From: a virus
Direction: 5' to 3' (one strand)
UHGV virus genome: UHGV-1365321
DNA length: 46,520 nt
Below, one piece after another: positions 46,036 through 46,520 of this stretch (positions are counted from its first letter, which is position 1; each line of letters begins with the position of its first letter). The notes under the pieces are model-generated. The model was not told the DNA's origin. It did no database searches and saw only the letters and a list, made by a program, of their open reading frames with translations. A program made the translations under genes and the position numbers.

Positions 46036-46520
46036 TTAAAAGTTTTCGATGTTCTGTTGAGATGTTGATGGCTTCTCTTCGTTTGCAGATGACGCAGGCG
46101 CCTCTGCTTTCTGGAGTTTGGCCGGGTTGAAATCACTGCCGCCAGCAATGAATTTCGCTTTCATTTCCTGGTATGCTCCGACGATTACGCGAGTGGCAGC
46201 ATCATCACCACGAAATGATTTGTATTCTTCACCATAAATGGCAGTAAGCTCATCCATGTTTGCTGCTGAACGAATGAGTGCGGCTGCATCTTTAGGAGAC
46301 TTCCGCGCGGCATTGCCATCGTCATCAGCCTGCGCAATACCGAACATGGACGCAATAGAGTAGCGGCGCGCATACGTCATTGCGGAGCCATAACCCTGAG
46401 CATCTTTCTTGGCAACTGGCATTGGCATGACCGAAGACATGTATTCGCCAGACTCATGCATGATTGTTGTTTCCAGCTTCAAAACATCAACCGTATCGCT
46501 CTCAATGGCGTTCTGGATGA
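46036..46520 (-). CDS. erf: ERF-family single-strand annealing protein, C-terminal part (5' portion lies at 1..175)
   Basis: Frame is open to the window edge; SAMTYARRYSIASMFGIAQADDD resembles the P22 Erf core. Confidence 0.75.
   Translation of the reverse strand, partial: IQNAIESDTVDVLKLETTIMHESGEYMSSVMPMPVAKKDAQGYGSAMTYARRYSIASMFGIAQADDDGNAARKSPKDAAALIRSAANMDELTAIYGEEYKSFRGDDAATRVIVGAYQEMKAKFIAGGSDFNPAKLQKAEAPASSANEEKPSTSQQNIENF

Noticed and set aside
1-46520. Searched for CRISPR arrays, an integrase or attP, a CI/Cro-type lysogeny switch and toxin-antitoxin pairs
   Set aside because: No direct-repeat/spacer arrays, no tyrosine or serine recombinase-like ORF and no CI-like repressor were found; the genome looks strictly virulent.

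Overview
This 46.5 kb window (~50% GC) is gene-dense and looks like one complete circular, or circularly permuted, genome of a virulent-looking siphovirus of enterobacteria. The evidence for circularity is that an ERF-family annealase gene is split across the two window ends with perfect frame and sequence continuity (left 1..175 joins right 46036..46520, minus strand). I found no integrase, CI-like repressor or CRISPR array.

Organisation:
- An early-left operon runs on the minus strand from 7455 down to 199 and then wraps through erf and ssb (46520..45523). It encodes a PD-(D/E)XK recombination exonuclease, a VRR-NUC protein, an SF2 helicase, two HNH-AP2 homing endonucleases, a primase zinc-ribbon protein (on the opposite strand), a putative P-loop replication protein and a DUF551 protein.
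- Divergent sigma70-type early promoters (7477..7505 minus, 7897..7925 plus) flank an iteron-plus-AT-rich putative replication origin at 7538..7822.
- A plus-strand block of about 11 small early genes spans 7957..10713 and ends in a terminator.
- The late plus-strand module comprises terS, terL, portal, MuF-like head morphogenesis protein, a third HNH-AP2 endonuclease, a GH24 endolysin, Rz with embedded Rz1, a scaffold/protease, a decoration-like protein, the major capsid protein, head-tail joining proteins, an Ig-tailed major tail protein, a tape measure protein, a lambda-like tip (M/L-like, NlpC/P60 K-like, I/J-like) and a tailspike with a CBM-like C-terminus.
- A Dam methyltransferase and a tRNA-like gene are also present.
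- Minus-strand accessory ('moron') cassettes are interleaved in the late region at 17480..18898, 21198..22451, 28623..30533 and 34322..35118.
- Nearly every transcription-unit boundary carries a conserved 12-mer, AATCTAC(G/A)TCAA (reverse complement TTGACGTAGATT), often in tandem. It is the best candidate for a phage-specific promoter or operator code.

Other oddities: a tRNA-like gene with an ambiguous anticodon arm next to two tandem ~105-145 bp paralogous non-coding elements; a low-GC island with two perfect palindromes at the erf-ssb / tail-fibre junction; an ORF interrupted by a single in-frame TAA; and an A7 run joining two overlapping frames.
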